Source: Paraspadella gotoi (taxonomy: Eukaryota > Animalia > Chaetognatha). Taken from it: a DNA stretch of 64,000 nucleotides. Below are positions 40,361 through 53,605 of this stretch, one piece after another; position 1 is the stretch's first letter; each line of letters starts with the position of its first letter. The stretch covers positions 601,178-665,177 of the forward strand of contig JBJCIZ010000239.1 in NCBI GenBank assembly GCA_051294375.1, read 5' to 3'. Position numbers and translations under genes: made by a program. Below the pieces are notes generated by a model. It did not search any database and was not told the DNA's origin. It worked only from the letters and a program-made list of their open reading frames with translations.

Positions 40361-41804
40361 GACTTTTCAACTGTAAACCTTTTAAAGAAATTTAAATGAA
40401 CGGACCCACTGTTACCTTATAGGTCCTTCTTGCAGAGGTACCTAGGTATCTATCTTACTATCTCTCTCTCTTCTCTCTCTCTTTCCCTACTATTTGTCGT
40501 CTTCTAACAACCTTCTGTTTAACAACCCCCTAACTTACCAACCCTCACCTTACCCCTGCTTTACCTCCCCCCCCCCCGCAGGGTTGATCGACACCTCGTG
40601 GCCGGCAATCAAGATCGGAGCTACGCCAAACATCTCGAACGCTGGTTCAAGTTTTTCGATCGAAAACAAATGCATTTCGTTGACGGAGAAAACCTCATCG
40701 TTAATCCGGGAGACGAGATGATCAAGTGCAGGACTTTTTAGGTGATTGATTGATTGGATCGGATTGAATGTTTTGTTTGATTTATTGATTGGATTTATTG
40801 ATTGATTTTTTATTTATTGATCGATCGATTAAATTGATTGACTGAATGAATGTAAATGATCAAAATTCAAAAGTTAGCGGATTAATTGATTGAAGATATA
40901 AACAGCGTAGATAATTTATGATCCAATTAATTGATTGATTTAATTTGATTGGCCTAATTCAAAATTTTGATAAATGACTGCTTACATAATTACTTAAATT
41001 CTTAATTCCGACGCAAACGGTTTAATGAGATTTAAAAAAGAAAAATGGAGGGGAAAAAAATATTGTGATTAATTCGAACCTCGAACGAGAAGGATTTGAA
41101 ATCACCTTTGATTAAGATCCGATTTAAAACATCCGCATTTTTGGTTGCGCCGCGAATACTCGCGGAGAAACTCTATAAGTCAATTATCGGTCGGTCTGTC
41201 GGGTCGGTCCGTCATGTCTGTCGTCGGTCTGACCCACTTACGTTAAAAATGTATATAATTTGCCTATAGTTGATGATTGCTCAGGTCTTCAGACAGAAAA
41301 AAACCCTCAAATCTAAGTGTCTGCTAGCGCATGTCATGTCATGTAGCGTCATGTCATGTAATGTTCATTTTAAGTCATGAAAATACTCGTGATGAGGCAG
41401 TTACTCGCGGCGCAACACATTTGAATTACCGTTCTGTTTTTTTTTTTAAATTTTGTCCATTTAATCCATGTTCCATTTGTTATATTTCATCCGTTGTCCA
41501 TTCTTTAGGTTATTCCCCCCATTTTTTTGCGCCGTTGATTCGCTGATTTCTGCCGTTCCGAGTGAAAAAAAAATGTGATAAATCATGTGTGAAGGTTTTC
41601 CGTGAGAAATGATTCTGTTTGATAATCGAGATAAACGATGATAGTGATTCGTTTTCGATAGACATTTTGTCGGGTTGAGAGACAATGCGAATGATGAACG
41701 TTATTCATCGACTTTTTGTGAGGTTCACAGGAATCTCTGTATTTCCGGGTATTTTTGATGGATTGTAAGAAAGGGGAATAGAGAGAAGAGAGAAGAGAGA
41801 GAGT

Positions 41805-41868
<64 letters not shown>

Positions 41869-42179
41869 AGAGAAGAGGACACTCTAACCCCCTCCTTTCA
41901 ACACCCCCTTCTCCTCCCCAGGCCTCCGTCGAGTCATCTCTTCAGCCGACTTCGTCTTCAACGAATCCAAAGGTTTCCCTTGCCTCAAGCGGCCCAACAA
42001 CCTGCAGTCGCCCGTCAAGTGCCTGGGAAGACCAAGGGCCGTCGACACCCTTGGTCCACCAGTACACCCTGGACAGGCTCAACGATTTCTTCATGCCCTT
42101 CAACGAGAAGTTCTTCAAGATGATCGGCAGCACATGGACTGGCCGAGCAGCCCGCCGAGGCAGCCAAGGGCCGCTGTAG
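39469..42179 (+). pseudogene. Tandem indel-rich second copy of HS3ST exons C, D and last exon with introns (likely assembly artefact)
   Basis: Near-identical to about 36767-39458. Exon copies at 39585-39668, 40582-40741 and 41922-42179 carry small frameshifting indels, and introns are as conserved as exons. Confidence 0.8.
41144..41437 (+). mobile_element. Same HINE copy carried inside the tandem duplicate
   Basis: Near-identical to 38441-38733 with the same flanks. Confidence 0.7.
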
Positions 42180-45048
42180 AAGGGGATGGGCGGGAGAGGG
42201 GGGAAGAAGAGGGTGGGTGGTTTAAGGGTACGGGTGTGCTCCTCTTCATCTAATGGGTGTTTGGGGTGTTCTCTCCATTTAATGGGTGGGGGTGTCTTCC
42301 TCTCATCTAATGGGTTTGGGGGTGGTATCTCTCTATTTCTTTTATCGATTAAAAATTTTTTTGTGAAGGGAAAGATAANNNNNNNNNNNNNNNNNNNNNN
42401 NNNTGCAACATGGACTGGCCGAGCAGCCCGCCGAGGCAGCCAAGGGTCCGCTGTATGAAGGGGATGGGCGGGAGTAGGGGGGAAGAAGAGGGTGGGTGGG
42501 GTTTTAAGGGGTATCGGGGGTGTTTTCTTCTCATTTTAGGTGTTTGGGGAGTGTTGCCTCCCATTTAAGGTGTTTGGTGGGTGTTTCCTCCTCATTAATT
42601 GGTTCGTGGGTGTTCCACTCATTATTTAAGGGGTATCGGAGTGGTGTTCGCGATCACATCGAATATTACATATTATAGAGGAAGACCGCATTATTTAGGG
42701 GATTGTTTCTGCTCTTAAAAATAATATTAATGTGGATGATGTGTATAGGAGTCACAGGAATAATTTCACTTAAAAAATTCTATATAAAAATTAAGATTGT
42801 TAAATATTTGGAGTTAAGTACATCACACTAGCATTCTTTTTAATTCTTTTTTATCGAGAAAAATTATCGATAAAATATAAATAATACCAAACAATTTTTC
42901 TGAAATATAGGAAAGTATTAATTTTGTGTAATGTTATATCGAATATTTCCTTATTATAGGTCTTTTGTGTAAAAAGTTTAAGGGATGAAGCTAATAAATA
43001 ATTATAACTATTTTATCGGAGCAAATTTTTAGCCTGGATTTGTATGTAAATCTATAAAAACTATTTCTATGGCACATCTGGGGTGCTGTGGATACCCTGT
43101 TTCTAAATATAATGGCGTGAGAGAGGACTTTCTCAACTGAGTTGGACAGTTTGGGGTGAGGATATCCGACCCCGCATATACTGTAATAACGCAATGCATC
43201 AAGCTTACGAGGAGCTGTATGGTTATTACGACGCTAGATTAATGTTTTCGTATTGTGCCTCATGCTCAACGAAGAGGAAGTCCATTAAGTGGACTGTGGA
43301 TGGGTATCAACTGCCTAGAGGAGGAAAAGTGATCGAATACCACACACTCTGAAACCACGGATAATTAGCGAGCGTAGAAAGGCGGTGTTCGAAGTATAAC
43401 CGCTCAACACCGAATCAAACTAATCACATTTAACTTAACAAATCGCATGATGATCGGATTTTTTCTCTACAGTCTCTTTTTTTTCTGAGAGATTCCCTTT
43501 TTAAGGCCCCCAGTCTTATCCATTCACCTATCCCATCTGAGATTATATGTCGCGTGAGAACATGTTTTAATACTAACCTGCCTTATTCAACTATTATTTA
43601 ACGTTATATCAGAATTCCATTTTAAAAAAAAAATGTTCTCGCAAATTGTTTCACCAGTTAAAAAAAAAAATTATATTATGAAAAGCCATTGTTATTATGG
43701 AAAAAAAGGTATATTTATTTCACTTATTTGTCTTTTTTTTTTTTAATTATGCTCTGAATACAGAAGAAAATAAAATATTGAGATCAGTAACTCCTAGCAG
43801 ACTCATAAGTCCAATTGATTGTTGGTATAAAGGACAAAAGACTTTTATTACGGGTGACTTTTCATAGATTGTGAAAGTGGAATGTTAAATTTGGGCCGCG
43901 CCGTAACTACCGTATGATGATAGTGTGTTTTTCTTGCCCTTAAACTACACTCCGCCCAATAGTTAAAATCTTTTAATAGAATCTGGAAACCCAAAGACGT
44001 GATAGAGTCTACGATTTTTAGGAATAAATATTTCTTTTTCAAGAGATGAGGTTTACAGCCTCGTTTTTTTGTGTTTGAAGAGTTCTCTGGATGATCGAAG
44101 AAAGTCTGTTAAATTTACAGAGGAGAAAGAATGAAAGTTCAGATTCGACGACAAGGCGACTAATTTTTAGTTTTTTCACCTAAATTCATTTTTATTTGAA
44201 GTTTAATATTTCGAAGAATTGAAGCGAACCTATCACTGGGAAGCCGTGAACGGCGTGCGAGAAATAGATCGGCTGATAAACGAATATAAACAAAAACAAT
44301 TGTTTCTTTTTTATCTATTATTGTAAAATATCGCTCTGCTCAACTACTGATTACTAGAACCTGGAGTGACACGATCCTACATGTTTTGATTGTCGATAGC
44401 CAGGGCGCGACCAAGAAATCGGTTGTCTGCTCTCGGGTCTTGGTGGCCGTCCACGGGAATGCATATTTTTTTAAAGAGGATTTCGCGTATCTCCCCCAGC
44501 CGTTAAAACTCATTTTGGTCTCTCCTTGTTGTTTGATCACTCTTCGCGTTCCCCGCGGCTTTAACCTGTTGTTTGAAATTCTTATGATCAACAAAATAAA
44601 AATAATAGAATTTAAGCAACAGACGGAAGCATTAAAAAACTAGATATTAAAACATACGTAACACACAAAAGTTTAATAAATTTTAAAAACCTAAAAAAAA
44701 AAAAAATCCTGTTGATTAGTTCACCTATTGCGCGTGTCGGTGGATGACCTTTTTCAAATTTATTACGAATACAGGGTATGTCGAAATGGGGAAAAAAAAA
44801 GGTGGGAAGGGGGTATATGTCAAGACAAAAGGGTCCCGAAAAAAGGGCAAACCTAAATCTTGACCTGAAGGATTAATGTTTTTAGTATATAAAGGAACGT
44901 ATTAAGAGAACGGTCAGACCAATGGCGGGGCCAGGTTTTTATCGGAAACATTAAAATGAAAGTTGAAAAAAAAAAAATTCAATGTTTGAAAAAAGTTAAA
45001 ACGAGATTGGCGCTTGGAGGTCGTTTTTTTAAAAGGCAATGAGAGAGA

Positions 45049-45101
<53 letters not shown>

Positions 45102-46408
45102 GAATGATAAAGAGGAGGGAAAAAGAGAGAAATAATTTTTTTTAAAAAATCGTAAAAGCGAATATCCTTTGAAATGGGTCAAGGTAGCAATACAAATTTA
45201 TAACTTAAGTCAACCAAAAGAAAAAAAAAATACTGTTAGACTCTTCTGAACAAGGGGGACTTACCGCAAGACCAAAAAAAAACAAAAAAAAAACAGAGGG
45301 TTGGATATTTTTTTATTTGTTTTTGTTTTTTTTTATAAAACGAACAAATGTCAACAAACGAACGGAAAATATAGACCTTAACAAACGAGAATCGTCAATC
45401 AATTTTGTTGTTGTTTTATTTCGCGGTGGGAACTAATCAAGGGATTTTTTTTTTTTTTAGTTTTATTTAAACGTGTGTTGTGATTTTATGTGGTTTTGAT
45501 TTATTTTATTGTGACATAAATTAAAAAGGGGAGGGGAACGCGCAGAGATCCCGTTAACGGCGGGGGAGATACGCGGAAATCCCATTAAAAAAAATATCAT
45601 TCCTTCGCCACAAAGTAGCACCTTTTTTCTTTTTCGCGCGAGACAAAAAGGAACGCCCGGCGAGATTTCAGAGAGCGATATTTTACACATAAAAAAAAAA
45701 AAAATTGTTTTTGTTTATATTCGTTTATCGCTCATACTTTCTCGCATTACGACTTTTCCGACGGGCGTCCGATGCCACAGCCCACGATGAGGGACTTCCG
45801 TTTTTTTTTTTCGAAAAAAAAAAGAAAAAGAAAAAACTTTTTTTTTCCCTTTTTTTCCCACACAAAATTTCTTGTTGTTATGAAGGCACGCAGGACTTTC
45901 TCAGAGGAAGAGGGACGGGGGAGGGGGGGGGTGTGACGGAGAATCTGTTTGTTTTGTTTTTGTTTTTTTTCGAAACGGATGATAAAAACAAACTAATTAA
46001 TTGTACTTCGTTTAATTTATCGTTTACTTTATTAATTTAGTTTATTTTAAAACAACGAATTGAGATTTGTCCCCGGATCGTGTAGCTCTTTGTCTAAACA
46101 GAAAAAAAAATTTCTTCCCTTCCCACAAAAGTTTTTTTTCAATCGATAAAGAAATAGAGGTACACCCAAACTCTTAATGAGAGAAACCCCATACCCCAAT
46201 ATGAGCGAACACCCACCAAACTCGTTAATGAAGGAACACATAAGGAACCACCTTAAATAGAAACAGAGGAACACCCAACACCAATTAAATGAAGGAACAC
46301 CCCAAACCCTTAAATGGGAGGAACACCCCAAAACCCATTAATGAAAAGAACACCCCCCGTACCCTAAACCCCCCACCCTCTTCTTCCCCCTCTCCCGCCC
46401 ATCCCCTT

Positions 46409-46666
46409 CTACAGCGACCCTGGCTGCCTCGGCGGGCTGCTCGGCCAGTCCATGTGCTGCCGATCATCTTGAAGACTTCTCGTTGAAGGGCATGAAAAAA
46501 TCGTTGAGCCTGTCCAGGGTGTACTGGTGGACCCAAGGGTGTCGACGGCCCTTGGTCTTCCCAAGGCACTTGACGGGCGACTGCAGGTTGTTGGGCCGCT
46601 TGAAGGCAAGGGAAACCTTTGGATTCGTTGAAGACGAATCGGCTGAAGAGATGACTCGACGGAGGC
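46409..46666 (-). pseudogene. Inverted copy of the HS3ST last exon (likely assembly artefact)
   Basis: Reverse complement of the last exon (39243 onward, 41922-42179) with indels; ends QHMDWPSSPPRQPGSL-TAG. Confidence 0.8.
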
Positions 46667-47658
46667 CTGGGGAAGGAGTTTGTTTTTGTACACGATCCGG
46701 GGACAAATCTCAATTCGTTGTTTTAAAATAAACTAAATTAATAAAGTAAACGATAAATTAAACGAAGTACAATTAATTAGTTTGTTTTTATTCATCCGTT
46801 TCGAAAAAAACAAAACAAAACAAACAGATTCGTCTCCGCTCACACCCCCCCCGTCCTCTTCCCTCTGAGAAAGTCCTGCGTGCCTTAAAACTAAATTTTG
46901 TGTGGGGAAAAAAAGAAAAAAAAAGTTTTTCTTTTATTTTTTTTTTTTCGAAAAAAAGACGGAAGTCCCTCGATCGTGGGCGTGGCATCGGACGCCCGTC
47001 GGAAAAGTCGGTAATGCGAGAAAGTATGAGCGATAAACGAATATAAACAAAAACAATTTTTTTTTTTTATTGTAAAATATCGCTCTCTGAAATCTCGCCG
47101 GGCGTTCCTTTTTGTCTCGCGCGAAAAAGAAAAAAGGTGCTACTTTGTGGCGAAGGAATGATATTTTTTTAATGGGATTTACGCGTATCTCCCCCGCCGT
47201 TAACGGGATCTCTGCGCGTTCCCTCTCGTTTTCTTACTTTTTTTTTAATTTATGTCACAATAAAATAAATAAACAAACCACATAAAATCACACACACACG
47301 TTTAAATTAAAACTAAAAAAAAAAAATCCTTTGATTAGTTCCCACCGCGAAATAAAACAACAACAAAATTGATTGACGATTCTCGTTTGTTAAGGTCTAT
47401 ATTTTCCGTTCGTTTGTTGACATTTGTTCGTTTTAAACAAAAAAAACAAAAACAAATAAAAAAATATCCAACCCTCTGTTTTTTTTGTTTTTTTTTTGGT
47501 ATGGTAAGTCCCTTTGTCAAAGAGTAACAGTATTTTTTTTTTCGGTCTGACCTTATGAAAATATTTTGTACCCCTTGACCCATTTCAAAGGATATCCGCT
47601 TTTACGATTTTTTAAAAAAATTATTTCTCTCTTTTTCCCCTCCTTCTTTATCATCGCA

Positions 47659-47710
<52 letters not shown>

Positions 47711-48624
47711 ATTGCCTTTTAAAAAAACGACCTCCAAGCGCCAATCTCGTTTTAACTTTTTCAAACATTGAATTGTTTTTTTTTCAACTTTCATTTAATG
47801 TTTCAAAAACTTGCCCTCGTTTTTAATCTCTTTAAATAAAAACATCATAGTCAAATTTTTGCGCTGTTGATATCCTTCACTTTTTTTCATTCGAACATTA
47901 CTTATTGTATTAATTGAAAAAAAGTTTTCAGTCTAAACATTTCATACCTTCGTTTTATTTGTTCAATTCATTTCTTGCGACGTAAGGAGAGACAAATAGG
48001 GTTTTTTTTTTGTGAAGTTAATTTGATTTCGCTTCAAGTCTTTTCGAATATTAACTAAATAAAAATGAATTTAGGTGAAAAAACTAAAAATATCGCCTTG
48101 TCGTCGAATCTGAACTTTCATTCTTTCTCCTCTGTTATCAACAGAAACTTGATTTCGAAAAAAAAATGTTTAAAAAAAAAAAACATAAACTCATCTTTGA
48201 AAAAAAATATATATAAATTAGAACAAATTAATGGAGTTTTTGTTTCCAGATCTTATTAAAAGATTTTAACTATTGGGCGGAGGTGTAGTAAGGAAGAAAA
48301 AAATATATCTATAGGTAGTTAGGCGGGCCAAAATTTAACATATTTTACAATTTGAAACAGTCTGTAATAAAAGTCTTTTGTCCTTTTACAACAAAATTGA
48401 CTTATGATGTTAGATTTTGATTAAATTCATTTTCCTCATGCATGGAAGCATTTTAAAATTTAACAATATATATATATATAATAAATGCTTAAAAATTTTT
48501 TTAGGAAATTTACATTTTTAAAATGAATTCTGATAACGATTAAAAAGTTAGATAAAGGTTAGTATTAAACATTTCAAAAATTGTAATGATAAATTGGCTA
48601 AAATTTGAAAAAAAACTTTATAAA

Positions 48625-48912
48625 ATCATCATCATCATTTAATAAATTTGATAGTTTGTGGCGGTATATTCACACCGCCTCACGTCCACCTTCGATCAGC
48701 CAAATCCATTGGCTCAGAGAGGGAACATACCATCCCAGGGGTAGTGTTCCATCCACAGTCCTAACGACTTCCCTCTTCGTTGGCAAAGCACGACTGTTCT
48801 AGGGTAACCGCGCCAGTGACTGGAGGCGTCACTGAGGGTCGGAAGCCCCCAAAGCCAACAGTGAGATGCCCCATCCCAATGGGCATCACAGGCAACCCGG
48901 CTGTTGCCATAA
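48625..48912 (-). mobile_element. GC-rich short retroposon-like element with (ATG)n tail
   Basis: GC-rich island in AT-rich DNA, with several hairpins at its minus-strand 5' end. The 3' end reads MDLADRRWT* (like LINE/RTE C-termini) followed by ATGATGATGATG. Confidence 0.4.
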
Positions 48913-49615
48913 GTTTTTATTAATTTTTATAGACCAAATCATTAAAATTTCAAAAAGTTATAATATTAACTTTCATCTAACTTTTCAAGCTTTATCAGAA
49001 TCCGATAAAAAAAATTAAAATTTATGAAAATTTTTTTGGATATTATATAGTATTTTGATAATATAAATAGCTTTCATGTGTTTAATATTAAATATGATAG
49101 ATATATATTAATTTTTTTTTATTTTTATAATCTTTGTACTTACATTATATTTACAATATTTATACTGGACTTCTGTTAGTTTGTAACCTTTTCCGCCTTA
49201 ATAGATAGAGAGGCATAAAAATGAAAGAGAGAGAAGTAGAAAAAATTGTAAAAAAAAAAGATCGTTACTGTTAGATTAAATTTAAGGTAAAGTGTCTCAA
49301 ATTAATTAGCTTTTTTTTTCACAACTTTCAATTACGGCCTCAAGAAATTCGACAGCTGAACTCATTTTGTGTGTGTGTGTGTTTTAGAACAAAGGTGAAG
49401 AATGTTCGCCCCTTTTTTATCTTAAAAATTAGGACGCTCCAAAAGGATTCAGTTTAAGTACATCCGTGGATACGTTCGTCCGTCTGTAAGTCCATCCATC
49501 TGTCCATTTCAAGTTTCCGTCTTTTCGTGATCTTTTATGTGAAGACTTTTGGCTTTCACAACGAATCACTTTTCGCTCCAAAGCGTTTTCACTGTCACGG
49601 ACCTCGAAAAAACGT

Positions 49616-49674
<59 letters not shown>

Positions 49675-50019
49675 ATAATCCCCTGCTAAGCCGGGTCGTC
49701 CTTTATTATCATAGCGGCCAAATGTTATGGTGAGGAGATGCAAGACGGGAGTCATGCCGGCTTTGTGTTGTTGTGTGGTTGAGATAAAAGAGAGGAGGAA
49801 GAGGAAGAGAAGAAGAGAGAAAGAGAAGAAGAGAGAGAAGAGAAGAGAGAGAAGAGAAGAGAAGAAAAAAAACAGAAAAGAGGATTTTAGAGAGTAAGAA
49901 TTGGAAAAAAAAATAGAGAGGAGAGAGAGAGAGAGAGGAGGGAGAGAGAGAGAGGAGAGAGAGAGAGAAAAAAGAGACAAATGAGAAAAAAGTAAAAATT
50001 GGAGATGAAGACCAAACCC

Positions 50020-50372
50020 GTCTCCATCTCCCTCTCTTCTTCTTCTTCTCTTCTCCCTCTTTTCTCACTCTCCCTCTTCTTCTTCATCTCGCTCTTCTTC
50101 TTCACTCCTCTCTTCTTCATCTCCCTCTTCTTCTTCATCTCCTCTTCTTCTTCATCTCCTCTTCTCTTTCATCTCCCTCTTCTTCTTCATTCTCCCTTCT
50201 TCTTCTTCATCTCCCCTCTTTCTTCTCATCTCCCTCTTCTTCTTCATCTCCCTCTTCTTCTTCATATACCCTCTTCTTCTTCATCTCCCTTTCTTTCCAT
50301 CCCCTCTTCTTCTTCATCTCCCTCTTCTTCTCATCGCCCTCTTCTTCTTCATCTCCCTCTTCTCTTCCTCTT
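50020..50372. repeat. 18-bp pyrimidine minisatellite (TTCTTCTTCATCTCCCTC)n
   Basis: Direct tandem repeats. Confidence 0.85.
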
Positions 50373-50718
50373 CTCACCGCGTGAGATTTATTAAACGTTC
50401 CGCCTTCGAATTCAGATTCACGTCCGCGTGACTTTCACGAGATTCAAATTCAAAATCGAATCACGTAAGAACACAAGTTGAGCAAAACAATGTCGGATCT
50501 GCCTACGATAATTAATTAATTAATCGATTATTAATTAATTATTATTAATTAATTAATTAATTTATAAATATTAATTATTATTTATTCAATTATCAATCAT
50601 CGATGTCCTTACAAATCTGGGTTAGGACAGTTATTAATATGTTTTGTTTACATTTATCAAAAACAACAATATCCTCTATTTTATTTTATGGTCCCTTCTC
50701 TCTCTCTCTCTCTCTCAC

Positions 50719-50770
<52 letters not shown>

Positions 50771-50909
50771 ATCTCTCCTCTCTCTGTCTCTTCTTTTCTC
50801 GATTGCGACGATCTTATGCTTTTAGTTTTTTTTAACTTGCAGCATTTTTTCACATTAATTAATTAATTAATTCATTAATTAATTAAAACATTTTTAGTTA
50901 ATGCATTAA

Positions 50910-51311
50910 TATTAAAAGATTCAAGTAAATGTGACTTATGTTTTTTTCCATCTAAACTCATTTCCACTGGCACAATTCCGTCAATACTTTATATATATTA
51001 TAATTTAATAAATATTTAAAAAGCTTCAGTGCAACAACCAATGAACTAATTCAAAAAGTTATATTGAAATCGATTTAGTAGTAAAAGAAAAAAAATTTAA
51101 AGAGAACTAGAAGTTATAAAAGTGTTTCAAATTTTGGCCCGCCTTATCTAGATATTAGGCCTTACTAGATATATTGCGATGTGATTAAACAATGTTATCA
51201 GGATAATAATTTAACAATTTATGTATTTTGTAAGTATTTTAAGTATTTTTATTCAGTGAGTAAAATAACAACTTTTTTATTCGCTAATTTTTATCTCGAC
51301 TCTCTAATCTT

Positions 51312-51362
<51 letters not shown>

Positions 51363-53295
51363 CTCTCTCTTTGAAATTGCGACGATCCTTATGCTCATTT
51401 ACTGCTCTCTCTCTCTCTCTCTCTCCTCTCTCGTCTTCTCTCACCTCTCTGGGATGGGTCTCTCTCTCTCTCTCTTGCAATTGCGACGATCCTTATGTTC
51501 TTTTAGGATTTTTTTAACTTGTACATTTTTCTGCTTCAAGTAAATGTGACTTATTTTTTTTTTTTCATTTAAACTCATTTCACTGGCACAATTCCGTCAA
51601 AACTTTATATCTAGCTTTTTCACAACAACTTTTCTACCCGCTCACAAAATTCAATCTCAATCTATTATGGGTTAAAATAATAAAAAAGATTCAAGTAAAT
51701 GTTGACTCATATTTTTTTCATTTAAACTCATTTCACTCGTCGTTTCCACCGAAACTTTATATCAAGCATCGATACAACATTTTCTAACCCAAAAAAATAT
51801 TTGAACTCAATCTATCCATCCATTATGATTAATTAAAGTTACTTATTAGGTTAAAATAAGTAAAAAGATTTTAGTAAATGCGACTTATGTTTTTTCACTT
51901 AAACTCATTTCCACTCACACGATTCCGTCGAACTTTATATCCAGCTTTATCACAACATTTCCTACTCACACACATTCATTTCAATCAACCCAGCCAATCA
52001 AGATGTTTTGGAGCTCTATTTGAGGTGGGACGGATGGACGGATTGATTGACTGATTAATTAATTATTGATTAATTAATTGACTAATTGATTAATTAACTG
52101 ATTAATTATTTGACTTATTAATTACATCCTGCATATACATTTAATATAAAAGGAAAAAGAAGCATAATCAATTAGTGAAACAGGTTTTTTGTTTTTTCCA
52201 TTTAAACTCATTCCACTCAAAAGATTCCATCGAAACTTGGTTTCTGTTCAATCACACACTTTTCTACTCACATACAAAATTCCAGGTCAATCGATAATTA
52301 GTGGTAATAAGCTTCTTGGTCAACTTGCATAATATTTAATCAACTTGCATAAATTTGGTCAACTGACATAATTTTGGTTAACTGACATAATTTGGTCTAC
52401 TGACATAATTTGGTCAACTGACATAATTTGGTCAACTGACATAATTTGATCAATTAAGATAATTTGGTCAACCGGCATAATTTGGTTAACTGGCATAATT
52501 TTATCAACTAGCCTAATTTGGTCAACAGCATAATTTGGTCAACTTGCAAACTTGATTAACTTGCAGAATTTGGTCAACTGGCATAATTTGGTCAATTAGC
52601 ATAATTTGGTCAATCATCAATCAATCAATAAATCATCAATCAATCAATCAATCAGAGAGAGAGAGAGAGAAACTTTAAAAATTCAAATAATAGTGTCTTT
52701 TGTTTTCTAATTTAAACTCTTTCCACTCATCAAAAAATTTATCAGCTTTATCACATACTTTCCTACCACACACAAAATTCAATTTCGATTTATCTATCCA
52801 ATTTTTAATAACAAAATAATATATGAGTAAATTTAAGTAAAAATACTTCAAGTAAATATGACTTTTGTTTTTTCCCATTTTACTCATTTCCACTCGCAAC
52901 GATCCATCGAAACTTTATATCCGGCTCAATTCCACACTTTCTACCATCATACAAAATTTCAAGTCAATTGCACTATCCACTCATGAGCAATTGCGTTCAA
53001 AATAGTGAAATATAGTTTTTTTGTTTTTCCATTTAAACCATTTCCACTCCGCAGATTCCCTCGAAACTTCATATCCATCTCAATCACACAGTTTCCTACC
53101 ACACACAAAATTTCATACCAATCCATCATTCCAATCACGGGTAAATTGGAGTTTTTTGCTAAGGTGGCACGGACGGACGGACGGACGGACGGACGGACGG
53201 ACGGACGGACGGACGGACGGACGGACGGACGACGGACGGACGGACGGACGGACGGACGGACGGACGGACGGACAGACGGACGGACGGACGGACAT
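50910..53295. repeat. Array of diverged ~170-180-bp units ending in a (GACG)n microsatellite; pearl/Helentron-like
   Basis: The motif aagtaaatgtgacttatgtttttt-ccatttaaactcatttccact...aactttatatc recurs about 8 times (near 50920, 51538, 51692, 51872, 52195, 52705, 52850, 53025); (GACG)n at 53169-53292. Confidence 0.7.
52315..52615. repeat. 18-19-bp minisatellite (AATTTGGTCAACTGACAT)n
   Basis: About 15 tandem degenerate copies nested in the larger array. Confidence 0.9.
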
Positions 53296-53540
53296 CATTT
53301 TTTTTGCATAATTTATCATAATTCGATGTTTCTGACATGATATAAGTGTGTGCCCGACAATATTGAGGGGAGCGGCAGGCACCAGCGGACCGAAAAAGTG
53401 AGTTTATAGAGTCGGGATTCTTGCTGAAACAGATCGATCTAAAAATATCAAGGATAATCGTTAGACCGGTGAGTCAAGCGTGAGTCCACCCTTTAAAAAT
53501 AAGTAGTATGAAATTAATACTACTGATATAAAATTATTCA

Positions 53541-53605
53541 TTCATTCAATAAATAAGCTATCTCGCCCCTGACTCTGAACAGGCTTTGGTGGTTTAAGGC
53601 CTCCA
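53541..53605 (+). repeat. Dispersed ~65-bp repeat, copy 2
   Basis: Matches 27821-27886 with about 3 substitutions. Confidence 0.8.

Larger units (their letters stand above)
42700..49150. repeat. Large inverted duplication: about 42700-46083 is the reverse complement of about 46690-49150
   Basis: Anchors: 46021-46083 vs 46690-46752; 44120-44190 vs 48068-48135; 43945-43990 vs 48243-48290; 43381-43403 vs 48660-48680. The left arm degrades progressively. Confidence 0.85.

Noticed and set aside
39469-46666. HS3ST paralogue cluster
   Set aside because: Copies are partial, differ mainly by indels equally in introns and exons, and lie beside a 25-N gap.
52315-52615. Regularly spaced short repeats
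   Set aside because: Plain minisatellite with no spacers.
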